A stretch of DNA of 64,000 nucleotides. Source: Minisyncoccia bacterium (GTDB taxonomy: Bacteria > Patescibacteriota > Minisyncoccia > Phycocordibacterales > Phycocordibacteraceae). This document shows, piece by piece, positions 19,424 to 29,459 of this stretch (position 1 is the first letter of the stretch; every line of letters begins with the position of its first letter). Both the position numbers and the translations under genes were made by a program. The stretch is from NCBI GenBank assembly GCA_038228545.1, contig JBBRPE010000001.1, forward strand, positions 46,924 through 110,923, given 5' to 3'. The notes below the pieces were generated by a model, which saw nothing but the letters and a program-made list of their open reading frames with translations, was not told the DNA's origin and made no database searches.

Positions 19424-20197
19424 TTACTTCTTAAGTCCTGAACCGCGAATGAAGAGGAAAAGAGTGAGCAGGAAGAACAGAACCGTAAGTCCACCCATAA
19501 CGGCGAAACAGACCGCGATAGAAACGTCCGTAACGCCGAGGAAGCCGTAGCGGAACGCATTCACCATATACAGGATAGGGTTGAAGAGCGACAGAGTTCG
19601 GAAAAACGGCGGGAGCTGATTCACCGAGTAGAAGACGCCACCGAGATACGTAAGCGGCGTAAGCACGAACGTCGGGACGATGGAAATGGCGTCGAAGGAC
19701 TTCGCGAAGATACCGTTCACCAGTCCGGCGAACGCGAACAGGAGCGTGGTGAGTATTGCGGCACCCAGAACCACAACGATGTTAGCGATTGCCAAATGGG
19801 TAAAGAAGAGTGACGTCGCAACGACGAGCACGCCCACGAGCGTACCGCGCATCACGCCACCCGTCACAAAGCCTGCGATAATGGCCCACATTGGCATAGG
19901 TGAGACGAGTTGCTCGTCTATCGTGCGCTGCCATTTCGCGAAGTAGAAGGTCGAGACGGTATTCATGTAGGAACTCGTAATAATGGACATCATCACGATA
20001 CCCGGCACGATGAACGAGATGTAGGACAAGCCGTTTACCGCACGCACCTGACTGCCGATGAACGTGCCGAAGATGGCGAAGTAGAGTGAGGTCGTAATGA
20101 CTGGCGGAAGAAGCGTCTGACTCCAGATACGAATGATGCGGAAGAAGTCCTTGCGGACCATCGTGTAGTAACCGATGAGGATAGGGTTTTTGGTCAT
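19424..20197 (-). CDS. ABC-2 type transporter permease (YadH-like)
   Basis: RIWSQTLLPPVITTSLYF, LTPLTYLGGVFYS, NPILYMVNAFRYGFLG. Confidence 0.92.
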   Translation of the reverse strand: MTKNPILIGYYTMVRKDFFRIIRIWSQTLLPPVITTSLYFAIFGTFIGSQVRAVNGLSYISFIVPGIVMMSIITSSYMNTVSTFYFAKWQRTIDEQLVSPMPMWAIIAGFVTGGVMRGTLVGVLVVATSLFFTHLAIANIVVVLGAAILTTLLFAFAGLVNGIFAKSFDAISIVPTFVLTPLTYLGGVFYSVNQLPPFFRTLSLFNPILYMVNAFRYGFLGVTDVSIAVCFAVMGGLTVLFFLLTLFLFIRGSGLKK

Positions 20198-20210
20198 ATT
20201 GAAATTAGTG

Positions 20211-20331
20211 ACTGTGCTGAAAAAGTCTCAGATACGAGGCGTGGGAAAGCCGTCGAAGTAGACGTATGTGCTATACGGCGGATGAGACGGCTGGGACCCA
20301 TAACGAAGTAGATGGATTTTTTAAGCATAGT
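20211..20331 (+). repeat. Structured dispersed element family B, copy 2
   Basis: AGATAC-GAGGCG-tggg...agccgtc...AGACGTA..TACGGCG...gacggct...ccca-TAAC-GAA-GTAGAT. Confidence 0.9.
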
Positions 20332-21263
20332 TACACGTCTTTCTGAATTAAGTTCACAAAAACTTCTTCAAGACGACTACCTGAATTGCGGATATTGGCT
20401 ATCTGCACGCCTGCAGCGGAAATCTTGCGGATAGAGTCGTTTACGGTCTCACCGGGCTTGAGGGTGAGCTCGAGTGTCATATCGTCCACCTTCTTAAGTG
20501 GAAGCTCGCGGAGCACGACAAGTGTTGCTTCAAGAATCGGTTCAGTGATATCAAGCACAAGAGTGACGTAGTTGAGCTTATTAATGAGCTCCTTCACTCC
20601 CCCTTCGGCGATTATTTCTCCCTTGTTGATGATGGCGACCTTGCGGCAGAGGATTTCTACTTCCTCGAGATAGTGCGTGGTAAGTACGATAGTCGTTCCG
20701 GAAGCATTCAGCTCGCGGAGGAAGTCCCACATCCCGCGTCGAAGCTCAACGTCCACACCTGCAGTCGGTTCATCGAGTAGAAGAATCTTCGGTTCGTGCA
20801 CGAGTGCACGCGCAATCATCAGACGGCGCTTCATGCCGCCGGAAATCTCCATGGCCTTACTTGCACGCTTGTCCCACAGTCCGAGCTGGGTGAGCACTTT
20901 CTCGGTACGCACTTTTGCTTCTGCGCGAGGAATACCGTAGTAGCCAGCTTGATCAATCACAATGTCTTCAACTTTCTCGAATATATTGAAATTGAATTCC
21001 TGCGGTACCAGCCCGATGAATGACTTCGCGTGGTCCGGATCCTTGTTCAACGAAATGCCCGCCACATCTACCGTGCCCGACGAGATGGTAGTGAGTCCCG
21101 AAACTATCGAAATAAGAGTTGATTTACCGGCACCATTAGGGCCGAGGAAGCCAAAAAATTCACCATCCTCTATAGTGAGCGACACGCCCTTAAGCGCCTC
21201 AGTTCCTGAGTCGTAGACCTTCTTGAGTCCTTCAATTTTGAGCGCTGGAGTTGAGTTTGGCAT
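20331..21263 (-). CDS. ABC transporter ATP-binding protein (YadG-like)
   Basis: GPNGAGKS, SGGMKRRL, LLDEPTAGVD, TTHYLEE. Confidence 0.95.
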   Translation of the reverse strand: MPNSTPALKIEGLKKVYDSGTEALKGVSLTIEDGEFFGFLGPNGAGKSTLISIVSGLTTISSGTVDVAGISLNKDPDHAKSFIGLVPQEFNFNIFEKVEDIVIDQAGYYGIPRAEAKVRTEKVLTQLGLWDKRASKAMEISGGMKRRLMIARALVHEPKILLLDEPTAGVDVELRRGMWDFLRELNASGTTIVLTTHYLEEVEILCRKVAIINKGEIIAEGGVKELINKLNYVTLVLDITEPILEATLVVLRELPLKKVDDMTLELTLKPGETVNDSIRKISAAGVQIANIRNSGSRLEEVFVNLIQKDV

Positions 21264-21322
21264 GAAAAAGTAACTGTTAGGGGGAGTATATCATTTCCTA
21301 TTTATTAGCTAAAATTGGGGAT

Positions 21323-21730
21323 ATGAGGCTTCCTTTTTCTCCTGGCGCGCTGCGTTTGCTGCGCTACACCATAGTAGGTGTCTCAACCCTCACGTTTGAC
21401 CTTCTACTGCTCGCGTTCCTCACGCAGATGCTTCATATCCCTTACTACGTCGGCACGCCCATTTCCTTCCTTGTGGCAGTTTCTATTAACTACGTAGTCA
21501 GTCGGAAATATGTGTTCGCGGGCACGGAACGGTCCGTCCACCATGGCTACGCGTATTTCATCCTTATTGCTGGAGCAGGTGCGTTATTCATCACAGGCGC
21601 CGTCTACGTGCTCGTAACCTACCTCGGTCTGTACTATCTGGTCGCGCGTATCCTCGTTGCCGGTGTTGTTGGTGTATTCAACTACCTCAGCAATCTCCAC
21701 CTCAATTTCAACGTAGCTGGGAAGCACTAA
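21323..21730 (+). CDS. GtrA family membrane protein
   Basis: RYTIVG, INYVVSRKYVF, four TM segments. Confidence 0.9.
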   Translation: MRLPFSPGALRLLRYTIVGVSTLTFDLLLLAFLTQMLHIPYYVGTPISFLVAVSINYVVSRKYVFAGTERSVHHGYAYFILIAGAGALFITGAVYVLVTYLGLYYLVARILVAGVVGVFNYLSNLHLNFNVAGKH

Positions 21731-21753
21731 GCTGCACAGGCTATACTCTGTGC

Positions 21754-23412
21754 ATGAATGACCTGGAAACACGAATCAAGTCCGTTGTACGAGGTGACGT
21801 TACTACCGATACAGAAACCCTCACCAAGATGTCGCGTGATACGAGCATTTTCACGCTTACGCCGTCGGTGGTCGTCTATCCGAAAGATGCGGAAGATGTC
21901 TCACTCTTGGTAAAGGCAGTTGGTGAAGCAAGGGCAGTCGGTGAAGACGTATCAGTCACTGCTCGCTCCGCGGGGACCGACATGTCAGGCGGACCGCTTA
22001 CGAAGTCAGTACTAGCAGTCTTTACGAAATACATGAATCACATCATCGAAGTCGGTGATGGCTACGCCATCACCGAGCCAGGTGTGTTCTATCGTGACTT
22101 CGAGAAAGCAACGCTCGCTCGCGACAACCAAATACTTCCCTCCTACCCCGCTTCGCGCGAGCTCTGCGCCATGGGCGGGATTTTGAATAACAATTCCGGT
22201 GGTGAGCGCACACTCGAATACGGCAAGACGGAAAAGTATGTGGAGGAAGTTGAGGTCGTTCTCTCTGACGGAACTATAACGACATTCAAAGAGCTCGGTC
22301 CTGCCGAGCTCGAAGAAAAGAAGAGTCTTAACACACTTGAAGGCGACATTTACCGCAAGATGTCGGCACTTCTTATAGAAAACCGCGAGACGATAGAAGC
22401 GGCAAAGCCGAAAGTATCAAAGAATTCCGCAGGCTACGCGCTCTGGAATGTCATGGATATGGAGAATGGCACCTTTAATCTCGCTAAGCTCATCTGTGGC
22501 GCACAAGGCACACTCGCATTTTCAACCAAGATGAAGCTCTCGCTCGTGAAGCAACAAGGCTACCGCTCCATGCTCGTGGTATTCCTCCAAGACCTCACGG
22601 TGCTTCCAGAAATAGTGAAGCGCGTACTTCCCTTTAATCCGGAAAGTTTTGAAAGCTACGACGACCAGACCTTTAAACTCGCTGTAAAGTTCATGCCGCA
22701 GATGCTTTCGCAGATGGGACTTGGTCGTGCCGCACGTCTCGGCATTTCCTTCATTCCAGAAATGGCGATGGTGCTCGAGGGTGGCGTGCCAAAGCTCGTG
22801 CTTATGGCGGAGTTTTCTGAAGACTCACATGCGGAGGCACTCGCCATGGCCACGAAGGCTCGCGCAGCACTCGCTGACCTGAAGCTTCCTACTTCGATAA
22901 AGAAAGACGAACGTGCCGCTGAGAAATACTGGATTGTACGCCGTGAATCCTTTGCGCTTCTTCGTAAGAACGTACACGGCCTGTACGCATCCCCATTCAT
23001 CGACGACTTTGTTGTACCACCAGCTACCTACCCCGAGTTTCTTCCTGAACTGAATGCCCTTCTCGACGAGTACAAGGATAAATTCATCTATACGATTGCG
23101 GGCCATATTGGTAACGGCAACTTCCACATCATTCCACTTATGGATCTCACCAAGCCTGATGTGCGCCAAGTCGTCCTCGACCTCGGACCGAAGGTCTACG
23201 CACTTGTTATTAAGTACGGTGGCTCAACCACCGGCGAGCACAATGACGGCATTATCCGCACACCATACCTCTCGCTTATGTTTGGAGAAAAAATGGTGGA
23301 ACTGTTTGCGCAGACGAAAAAGATATTTGATCCTCAGGGTATATTCAATCCGGGCAAGAAAGTCGGTGGAAGCTTTGACGCCATCAAAGCCGACATGATC
23401 ACCCACCTCTAA
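21754..23412 (+). CDS. FAD-linked oxidoreductase (GlcD/D-lactate dehydrogenase-like)
   Basis: RSAGTDMSG, GAQGTL, GHIGNGNFH, GEHNDG, FNPGK. Confidence 0.9.
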   Translation: MNDLETRIKSVVRGDVTTDTETLTKMSRDTSIFTLTPSVVVYPKDAEDVSLLVKAVGEARAVGEDVSVTARSAGTDMSGGPLTKSVLAVFTKYMNHIIEVGDGYAITEPGVFYRDFEKATLARDNQILPSYPASRELCAMGGILNNNSGGERTLEYGKTEKYVEEVEVVLSDGTITTFKELGPAELEEKKSLNTLEGDIYRKMSALLIENRETIEAAKPKVSKNSAGYALWNVMDMENGTFNLAKLICGAQGTLAFSTKMKLSLVKQQGYRSMLVVFLQDLTVLPEIVKRVLPFNPESFESYDDQTFKLAVKFMPQMLSQMGLGRAARLGISFIPEMAMVLEGGVPKLVLMAEFSEDSHAEALAMATKARAALADLKLPTSIKKDERAAEKYWIVRRESFALLRKNVHGLYASPFIDDFVVPPATYPEFLPELNALLDEYKDKFIYTIAGHIGNGNFHIIPLMDLTKPDVRQVVLDLGPKVYALVIKYGGSTTGEHNDGIIRTPYLSLMFGEKMVELFAQTKKIFDPQGIFNPGKKVGGSFDAIKADMITHL

Positions 23413-23414
23413 TC

Positions 23415-23471
23415 TTACTAAGGCCAGGCCTTGGTATACTGCTCGCGTGTACCAAGGCCTGGCCTTAGTAA
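23415..23471. repeat. REP doublet (REPIN-like) upstream of the HUH transposase
   Basis: ttactaaggccaggccttggtatac...gtgtaccaaggcctggccttagtaa. Confidence 0.9.
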
Positions 23472-23486
23472 TAACCCGTTGCTCGC

Positions 23487-24179
23487 ATGGGAATGAGGAT
23501 AATCCAGTTCGGAGTAAATGAATGGTATCACTGCTACAGCCGTGGTGTGGATAAGCGCATGATTTTTCAAGAAGCCGCAGACTATCAGCGCTTCCAAATG
23601 CTTCTCTATGTCTGCAACAGTACTATTCCGATTCATCTAAGTGAGATAGCGAAACGTCCCCAAGGCCTGGCCTTGGGAGAGGTCATCAGCGAAATACGAG
23701 GTGAGCAGTTCGTGGATATTGGTGCCTATGCACTTATGCCGAATCACCATCATCTCTTGCTGCGTGAACGAGTCGAGGGAGGCACAACAGCTTTCATGCA
23801 GAAATTGGGTACAGCCTATACGATGTACTTCAACAAGAAGTATGAGCGCACCGGATCTCTCTTTTCCGGAAAGTTCAAGGCGAAGCATGTGGCCACAGAT
23901 GAATATTTCGCACGTATCGTGAATTATATTCATGGGAACCCCGCAGAACTACATGAGCCGGGATGGAAGAATGGATTGATACGAGACGAGAGGAGGCTTA
24001 AACAGTTTCTTTCTTCATATCGTTTCTCAAGTTTGCCTGACCATGATACTGAAGATGAAAGAGTGGAAGGTCATCTAATAAACAAGAACTCTGTTCTCGA
24101 ACTTATCGGATACACTCCAACATTTGAAACACTTATGGAAGATGCATATACGTTTCAACGCGACGTGGACTTCGATTGA
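23487..24179 (+). mobile_element. REP-associated Y1 HUH tyrosine transposase (RAYT/IS200-like)
   Basis: YHCYSRG, YALMPNHHHLL (HUH), GSLFSGKFK, YIHGNP; flanked by REP palindromes. Confidence 0.92.
23659..23677. repeat. REP copy inside the transposase ORF
   Basis: cccaaggcctggccttggg, translated in frame as PQGLALG. Confidence 0.9.
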
Positions 24180-24223
24180 CCGTATACCAAGGCCTGGCCT
24201 TGGTATACGGTCTTTGGTATACG
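24178..24223. repeat. REP palindrome downstream of the transposase
   Basis: gaccgtataccaaggcc-t-ggccttggtatacggtc followed by an extra ttggtatacg. Confidence 0.9.
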
Positions 24224-24241
24224 TTGAATAGCTACGAGGAG

Positions 24242-25261
24242 TTAGTAGGCGTCGGAACGGGTCTGGGTGTCACCTCGGAAGACGCGATGTAGGTAGAAGT
24301 TATATACAAGGACTATCGGAAATAGGGGCCCGAGTCCAAAGAGCATAAACTCAAGTGTCTTTCTGCTCGACGCGGCGTCGTAAATAGTGAGCGAAGGCGG
24401 AATGATGTACGGAAAGACACCGACCAGCATACCGAGCATAGCGAGCACGAATATGCCCAGGCAGAGATTGTGAAGTGCAGGGCCCGTGCTTTTTTTAATG
24501 ACGAGAACAATCAGCCAGAGTGAGAGCACTCCCATGCATGCCGTTATGCCAAAAAGCAGATAATTGCTCGGGTACATGGTCCAACGCTCAAAGAAAAGAT
24601 AGCTCTTACTCGGAAGTAGGAGCGTCGCGCCAAGTAATGCGCCACCGGTCACAGCTCCTGCGATAAGAATACGCATGAAGGTGTTTGGTGACGCTTCTTT
24701 CCCTGCTTTCTTAATCAGATATGCGTACCCAACGAAGACGTAACTCATCAGCACACCAATAGTAATAAGGAATGTGAGTGGCGTAATGAAATCGAATGCA
24801 GTACCGGAAAATTCCCCAGTGGTAACGGAAATACCCGAGAGCAGTCCGCCGACAGCGAGCCCCTGCCCCACACCAGCCAAGAGCGAACCGAATCCAAATA
24901 AGCGACTCCACAACTTCTTGTTCGTGCCGACAGCATGGAATTCAAATGACACTGCTCGCAGAATAAGTCCGAAGAGCATCGTCATGACCGGAATATAAAG
25001 TGCAGAAAGAATAATCCCGTACGCAGTCGGGAATGCGCCAAAAAGCATACCGCCTGCTATCACGAGCCAGGTTTCGTTTGCGTCCCATATCGGACCGAGC
25101 GTGTGCATCATCGCCGCACGTTGCTCTTCTTTCTGCGGAAGTAAGGAAAGTATGCCGAGACCGAGGTCCGCACCATCAAGCAAGATGTAGAGTGCAACCG
25201 CAAGACCTATTGCGCCGAACCACGCGAGTGCAAGCATCGGATCGGTAAGGTACTGCATCAT
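24242..25261 (-). CDS. cydB: Cytochrome bd ubiquinol oxidase subunit II
   Basis: LDGADLGLG, PIWDANETWLV, GAFP, RAVSFEF; ATGA overlap with cydA. Confidence 0.95.
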   Translation of the reverse strand: MMQYLTDPMLALAWFGAIGLAVALYILLDGADLGLGILSLLPQKEEQRAAMMHTLGPIWDANETWLVIAGGMLFGAFPTAYGIILSALYIPVMTMLFGLILRAVSFEFHAVGTNKKLWSRLFGFGSLLAGVGQGLAVGGLLSGISVTTGEFSGTAFDFITPLTFLITIGVLMSYVFVGYAYLIKKAGKEASPNTFMRILIAGAVTGGALLGATLLLPSKSYLFFERWTMYPSNYLLFGITACMGVLSLWLIVLVIKKSTGPALHNLCLGIFVLAMLGMLVGVFPYIIPPSLTIYDAASSRKTLEFMLFGLGPLFPIVLVYNFYLHRVFRGDTQTRSDAY

Positions 25262-26661
25262 ACGCTTGGAAGTGTGCTGGTAAGGTCGGGACCTTTCTTC
25301 ACTATTTTCCACGTGAAGTAAACGAAGAGGAAACCAAATACCAGATAGATGGACGTAAAGATGCCTGTCGTTATCGCGACCGCGCTCGCATTCAGTCCGC
25401 TCGAGAGGCCGTGCTCGGTACGCAGCAAGTGATACACCACCCAGGGCTGACGGCCGATTTCACGCACCATCCATCCAGCTTCGGTTGCGATGAATCCAAG
25501 CGGTGTACCAAAGATAAAAAGCCACCAGAACAGCTTGTCTCCTCCCTGACTGGCGCGGAGCGGCACACCCGGCAGTGCTTCACCTGTTTTTAAGTAGCCA
25601 CGCTTCCAGTACCACACACCAAGAATCATAAGAAGGAACATGCAAACTCCGCACGCAACCATGATACGGAAGGAGTAGAAGACGAGAACGTCGTCGATAA
25701 GCGTCGGACGGTCGTTGGTAGGAAAATCATTCAGTCCCGGCACAGTACCGGTTGAAGAGTGTGTGGTAAGCAGAGAAAGAACGACCGGTAGTTTAATTTC
25801 GAACGCGTTCCCGTTATTTTGTGCGTTCGGCCAGGCGACGAGCGCCCAGTCGGCTCCCGTGCCCGGAAGGTTTGTATCCCAGTGCAGTTCTGTTGCCGCG
25901 AGCTTTGCCGGCTGATACTTCGCAATCGTCGTGCCCGAGAGGTCGCCGAGCCCCATCTGGAGTGGGGTCACGATAATAGCGAGCGCAAGACAATACTTGA
26001 ATGTCGTAAGAAAGAATTCACGCGTAGATTCCGGAACCGTGCGACGCATAAGTACAAGAGCGCAGATGCCAAGCATCATGAAGAGTGTTGCCTCTATACA
26101 TGCGACCCACATATGCAGGAACGACACGAGGGTATCGGGATTAAAGATAGCGACGAGGTAATCGGTCACGACGAGCTTTCCGTTCTGAACTTCAACGCCT
26201 ATAGGCACTTGCATCCAGGAGTTTGCCGCCATAATCCAGAACGCTGAAAGCGTCGCGCCCACGAATATCATCGCGTTCGAGAAGAAGTGCATCCACTTAT
26301 TCACTTTATTCCAACCGAAGACAAAGATGCCGAGGAAGGCTGCTTCGAGTGCAAACGCGACCGTGGACTCGAATCCGAGAATATTACCGAAGAAGTCCCC
26401 TGCCGCCGTCGAGAATTTTGCCCAATTCGTGCCGAATTCAAATTCGAGTGGAAAGCCGGTGGCTGTCCCAATGGCGAACGTCAGTATGAAAATCTTGGTC
26501 CAGAACTTGAGCTGACGATAATACGTTTCTTTCTTGGTCTTGAGCCACATCGCTTCCATCGTGAGCATGTAGAGCGAAAGGCCAATAGACATAAGCGGCC
26601 ACAATATATGGAACGCGGCAGTATCGCCGAACTGTAAGCGAGAGATAGTAAGTACATCCAT
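25258..26661 (-). CDS. cydA: Cytochrome bd ubiquinol oxidase subunit I
   Basis: FHILWP, FEFGTNW, ANSWMQVP, QPAKLAATE, FRIMV, GWMVREIGRQPW. Confidence 0.96.
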   Translation of the reverse strand: MDVLTISRLQFGDTAAFHILWPLMSIGLSLYMLTMEAMWLKTKKETYYRQLKFWTKIFILTFAIGTATGFPLEFEFGTNWAKFSTAAGDFFGNILGFESTVAFALEAAFLGIFVFGWNKVNKWMHFFSNAMIFVGATLSAFWIMAANSWMQVPIGVEVQNGKLVVTDYLVAIFNPDTLVSFLHMWVACIEATLFMMLGICALVLMRRTVPESTREFFLTTFKYCLALAIIVTPLQMGLGDLSGTTIAKYQPAKLAATELHWDTNLPGTGADWALVAWPNAQNNGNAFEIKLPVVLSLLTTHSSTGTVPGLNDFPTNDRPTLIDDVLVFYSFRIMVACGVCMFLLMILGVWYWKRGYLKTGEALPGVPLRASQGGDKLFWWLFIFGTPLGFIATEAGWMVREIGRQPWVVYHLLRTEHGLSSGLNASAVAITTGIFTSIYLVFGFLFVYFTWKIVKKGPDLTSTLPSV

Positions 26662-26693
26662 ACCCTTTTGCTAAAGGGTATCACGCGTACTCC

Positions 26694-27269
26694 TTAGTCT
26701 TCGTGTTTCTTAAGTAACCATGCAGATACGAAAGCTACTGCAACAACTGCGAGCATAGTACCAAGCCAACCGATGAGAGCTCGTTTGCCGAGCATATCTA
26801 CTTGCTGTTCCGCGTACGCAAGTGAACGCCCGGACATCACATAGCCATCGCCCGCAGGTATGACAACAATCGCCTGGCGTACACCAGGAACCGGTTCCCA
26901 GGTGATGCGATTTACACCTTTTTGCTTGGCCACATCAAGTACACCCTGAGGCAAGACTGGTGGAGCACCGCGCACAACACCCGTACCAGCAACCGCTTTT
27001 CCTGTCGCGTCAAAGAATACGAGATATGCAGCCGGGTCACTTTCAATAGGTATGGCTGAAGCAAACCCACCGGTTGGAAGGGCGCCTGCCGCAATGACGC
27101 GCAGTGCTGCATCGCGAGCAACATACTCCTGGGGCTCATTGGCGCCGAGACGAAGCAGTTGCTGGTCCTGCACATAACTAATAGCAAGAATAATAGTAGC
27201 AACGACCGCGATAGGAAGGCCGATAGCAAGCACGGCTCGGAGGAATGTAGGGCTGTTGAGCGCTTTCAT
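26694..27269 (-). CDS. Two-TM hypothetical membrane protein resembling an isolated sensor domain
   Basis: TM-QQLLRLGANEPQ...TWEP..GVRQA...GRSL-TM. Confidence 0.7.
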   Translation of the reverse strand: MKALNSPTFLRAVLAIGLPIAVVATIILAISYVQDQQLLRLGANEPQEYVARDAALRVIAAGALPTGGFASAIPIESDPAAYLVFFDATGKAVAGTGVVRGAPPVLPQGVLDVAKQKGVNRITWEPVPGVRQAIVVIPAGDGYVMSGRSLAYAEQQVDMLGKRALIGWLGTMLAVVAVAFVSAWLLKKHED

Positions 27270-27483
27270 ATATTCTATAACCATAGCGGTACACACAAGT
27301 TTCTTTGATGAAGGCGACAGCGACTTAAGTAGTCACAGCGACCTATCCCCTTTTCGCACAAAAAATCCTTGCGGAAAATCACGATTCGTAGCATATTGCA
27401 AATAACTCGCGGTTCACCAGCTCCCCCAAGGCATTTGCCCCAAAAAGTTCGGCAGAGGCGAGGTTACAAGTTCACATAGCCAC

Positions 27484-27855
27484 ATGGCATCAAACAAACT
27501 CTACGTTGGCGGTATTCCGTATCGCACGACTGAGGACGAGCTCCGCACCGCTTTTGAGGAAGCAGGTACGGTAACGTCCGCTAGCATTATCAGCGATCGC
27601 ATGACCGGCCGCTCACGCGGATTCGGATTCGTGGAAATGGCAGACGAGGCAATGGCCCAGGCTGCTATTGATCGTTGGGATGGCAAGGAAATGGACGGGC
27701 GCATGCTCTCCGTTTCCATGGCCCGCCCGCAAGGTGATCGCCCAGCGGGTGATCGTCCTCAGCGCGGTGGCGGAGGCGGCGGATTTGGCGGTGGTAATCG
27801 CGGTGGAGGTTTCGGCGGCGGCAACGACCGCGGAGGCTTCGGCGGCGGATACTAA
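27484..27855 (+). CDS. RRM RNA-binding protein with Gly-rich tail
   Basis: KLYVGGI (RNP2), RGFGFVEM (RNP1), RGG repeats. Confidence 0.96.
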   Translation: MASNKLYVGGIPYRTTEDELRTAFEEAGTVTSASIISDRMTGRSRGFGFVEMADEAMAQAAIDRWDGKEMDGRMLSVSMARPQGDRPAGDRPQRGGGGGGFGGGNRGGGFGGGNDRGGFGGGY

Positions 27856-27865
27856 TCCCCAGCTC

Positions 27866-27909
27866 GGTAAAGAAAAAGACCCTCGCTTGCGAGGGTCTTT
27901 TTCTTTACC
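27866..27909. terminator. Bidirectional intrinsic terminator
   Basis: ggtaaagaaaaagaccctcgc/gcgagggtctttttctttacc between convergent genes. Confidence 0.85.
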
Positions 27910-27916
27910 TGTTTGC

Positions 27917-28405
27917 CTAACACTTCGGTGCTTCGTGTCCGACGTTCGTACGGGTGGAGTCGCGCAGAATCTCCGTCTGTACTTTCTTGTATTCCGCATG
28001 CCAGCCGATGAGGTTTGAAAGAATTTGGAAAAAAGAGCCGACGGCAGCTATCGCGAGAATGAGAATGACCGGGAATGCAAACGCCGTCGCGAAGTAGAAG
28101 AATACAACGAAGAAAGCGAACCACAGCCCGGTGCACCATGGACAGTTCACCAGTGTATGGAGTGAGCCACGGAGTGATGACGGCTTCGCACCCTCGAACC
28201 AATCGCGGATAAATTTCGTTATCGCGTCATAGGTGAAGAGTCGTGTAAGGCGCCAGACTGCAAGTGCCATAAGAAAGAAGTCGGACACCGAGAGCGTTCG
28301 GTTGAATCCTCCGGTAACGGCGAGGTACCAAATACCAGCTCCCATAAGAGCTGCAAAGAAGACGGATAAGAAAATGCTCCAGAAGTGATTGCGAAGAGTG
28401 TACAT
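27917..28405 (-). CDS. DUF1360 family membrane protein
   Basis: WRLTRLFTYDAIT..IR, CPWCTGLW. Confidence 0.85.
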   Translation of the reverse strand: MYTLRNHFWSIFLSVFFAALMGAGIWYLAVTGGFNRTLSVSDFFLMALAVWRLTRLFTYDAITKFIRDWFEGAKPSSLRGSLHTLVNCPWCTGLWFAFFVVFFYFATAFAFPVILILAIAAVGSFFQILSNLIGWHAEYKKVQTEILRDSTRTNVGHEAPKC

Positions 28406-28451
28406 AGCCACTAGTGTACCCTACCAGACCAGACTGGTGTACCGTACAGAT

Positions 28452-29210
28452 ATGGAAAGTACCGACGTGCCAAAGGAAGACTGGGCGCATCTGATTCGTG
28501 ATAAATACGACGGTGACGAGTCTGTGGACGTAACCGAAGACCATGCGCGTCTCTCCGCAGGCGAGCCACTTGCGTATGTTATTGGTTGGATTCCCTTCCT
28601 TGGTCTGCGTGTGTACTTGGACAGCAAGCCGCTCATCCCACGTCCGGAAACCGAGTGGTGGGCAGAATTGCTCGTCGAGCATCTTCGGACTCGTTTCGGC
28701 AACACTCCGTTTTCGCTTCTGGATGTGTGTGCGGGCTCAGGCGCCGTTGGTCTTGCGGTGCTGGCAAACTGCCCGACAGCAACTGTCTATTTTGGAGAAC
28801 TAACACCGGCACATGCCGAACTTATTGCAAAAAATATCCGTGAGAATAATCTCGATGGGAGTCGCGCAATCATACGTAGCGGCGACCTGTTTGCTCCGTT
28901 CCTGCACGACATCTTTGACGTTATTACTGCAAACCCGCCCTATATACCGCACGGACGTGAGCTTCCCACGAGTGTTACCAAGTATGAACCTGCCGACGCT
29001 CTCTTTAGCGGACTTGATGGTCTCGATCTCATACGACGTATCGGAAACCATGCTCCGCACCATCTTCCTGATGGAGGCGAGCTGTGGATGGAATGCGACA
29101 GTGAGCATGCACCTGAGGCCGCACAAATACTCCGAGATGGAGGAAGTCTTAAGTCCGTTATCCGCACCGACCACTACGGTCGCGAACGCCTTGTGCTAGC
29201 CTATTACTGA
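28452..29210 (+). CDS. prmC: Release factor glutamine methyltransferase (N-terminally short)
   Basis: GEPLAYVIG, LIPRPETE, DVCAGSG, NPPY. Confidence 0.93.
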   Translation: MESTDVPKEDWAHLIRDKYDGDESVDVTEDHARLSAGEPLAYVIGWIPFLGLRVYLDSKPLIPRPETEWWAELLVEHLRTRFGNTPFSLLDVCAGSGAVGLAVLANCPTATVYFGELTPAHAELIAKNIRENNLDGSRAIIRSGDLFAPFLHDIFDVITANPPYIPHGRELPTSVTKYEPADALFSGLDGLDLIRRIGNHAPHHLPDGGELWMECDSEHAPEAAQILRDGGSLKSVIRTDHYGRERLVLAYY

Positions 29211-29440
29211 TGCCCTCGTCCACTCCTATTGGCTTTCCCGTCGCATCGCTTCCTATTGCACAGGTAGTACCTGTTTTCTTTTTCCTCGTGTTCTTCATCT
29301 GGGCAATCTACAGCGTGGTCGCTGCATTCCACTGGCTACGCTATAGCAACAACACGACAGTCGCACTGTCGGCTATCACCGTCCATATCATTGTGTCGGT
29401 ATGGCTCGCGATTTATACAGTAAGCGGTCTCGTGCACTAA
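29210..29440 (+). CDS. Small membrane protein
   Basis: Two TM segments around HWLRY; overlaps the prmC stop. Confidence 0.7.
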   Translation: MPSSTPIGFPVASLPIAQVVPVFFFLVFFIWAIYSVVAAFHWLRYSNNTTVALSAITVHIIVSVWLAIYTVSGLVH

Positions 29441-29459
29441 CTCCTAAGAATATGATTAC

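Noticed and set aside
17205-21730. uppP-dedA-GT2-ABC-gtrA cluster as a novel system
   Set aside because: It fits known undecaprenyl-phosphate recycling and surface glycosylation functions.
27765-27850. GGC-rich tandem repeats
   Set aside because: Explained by the Gly-rich RGG tail of the RRM protein.
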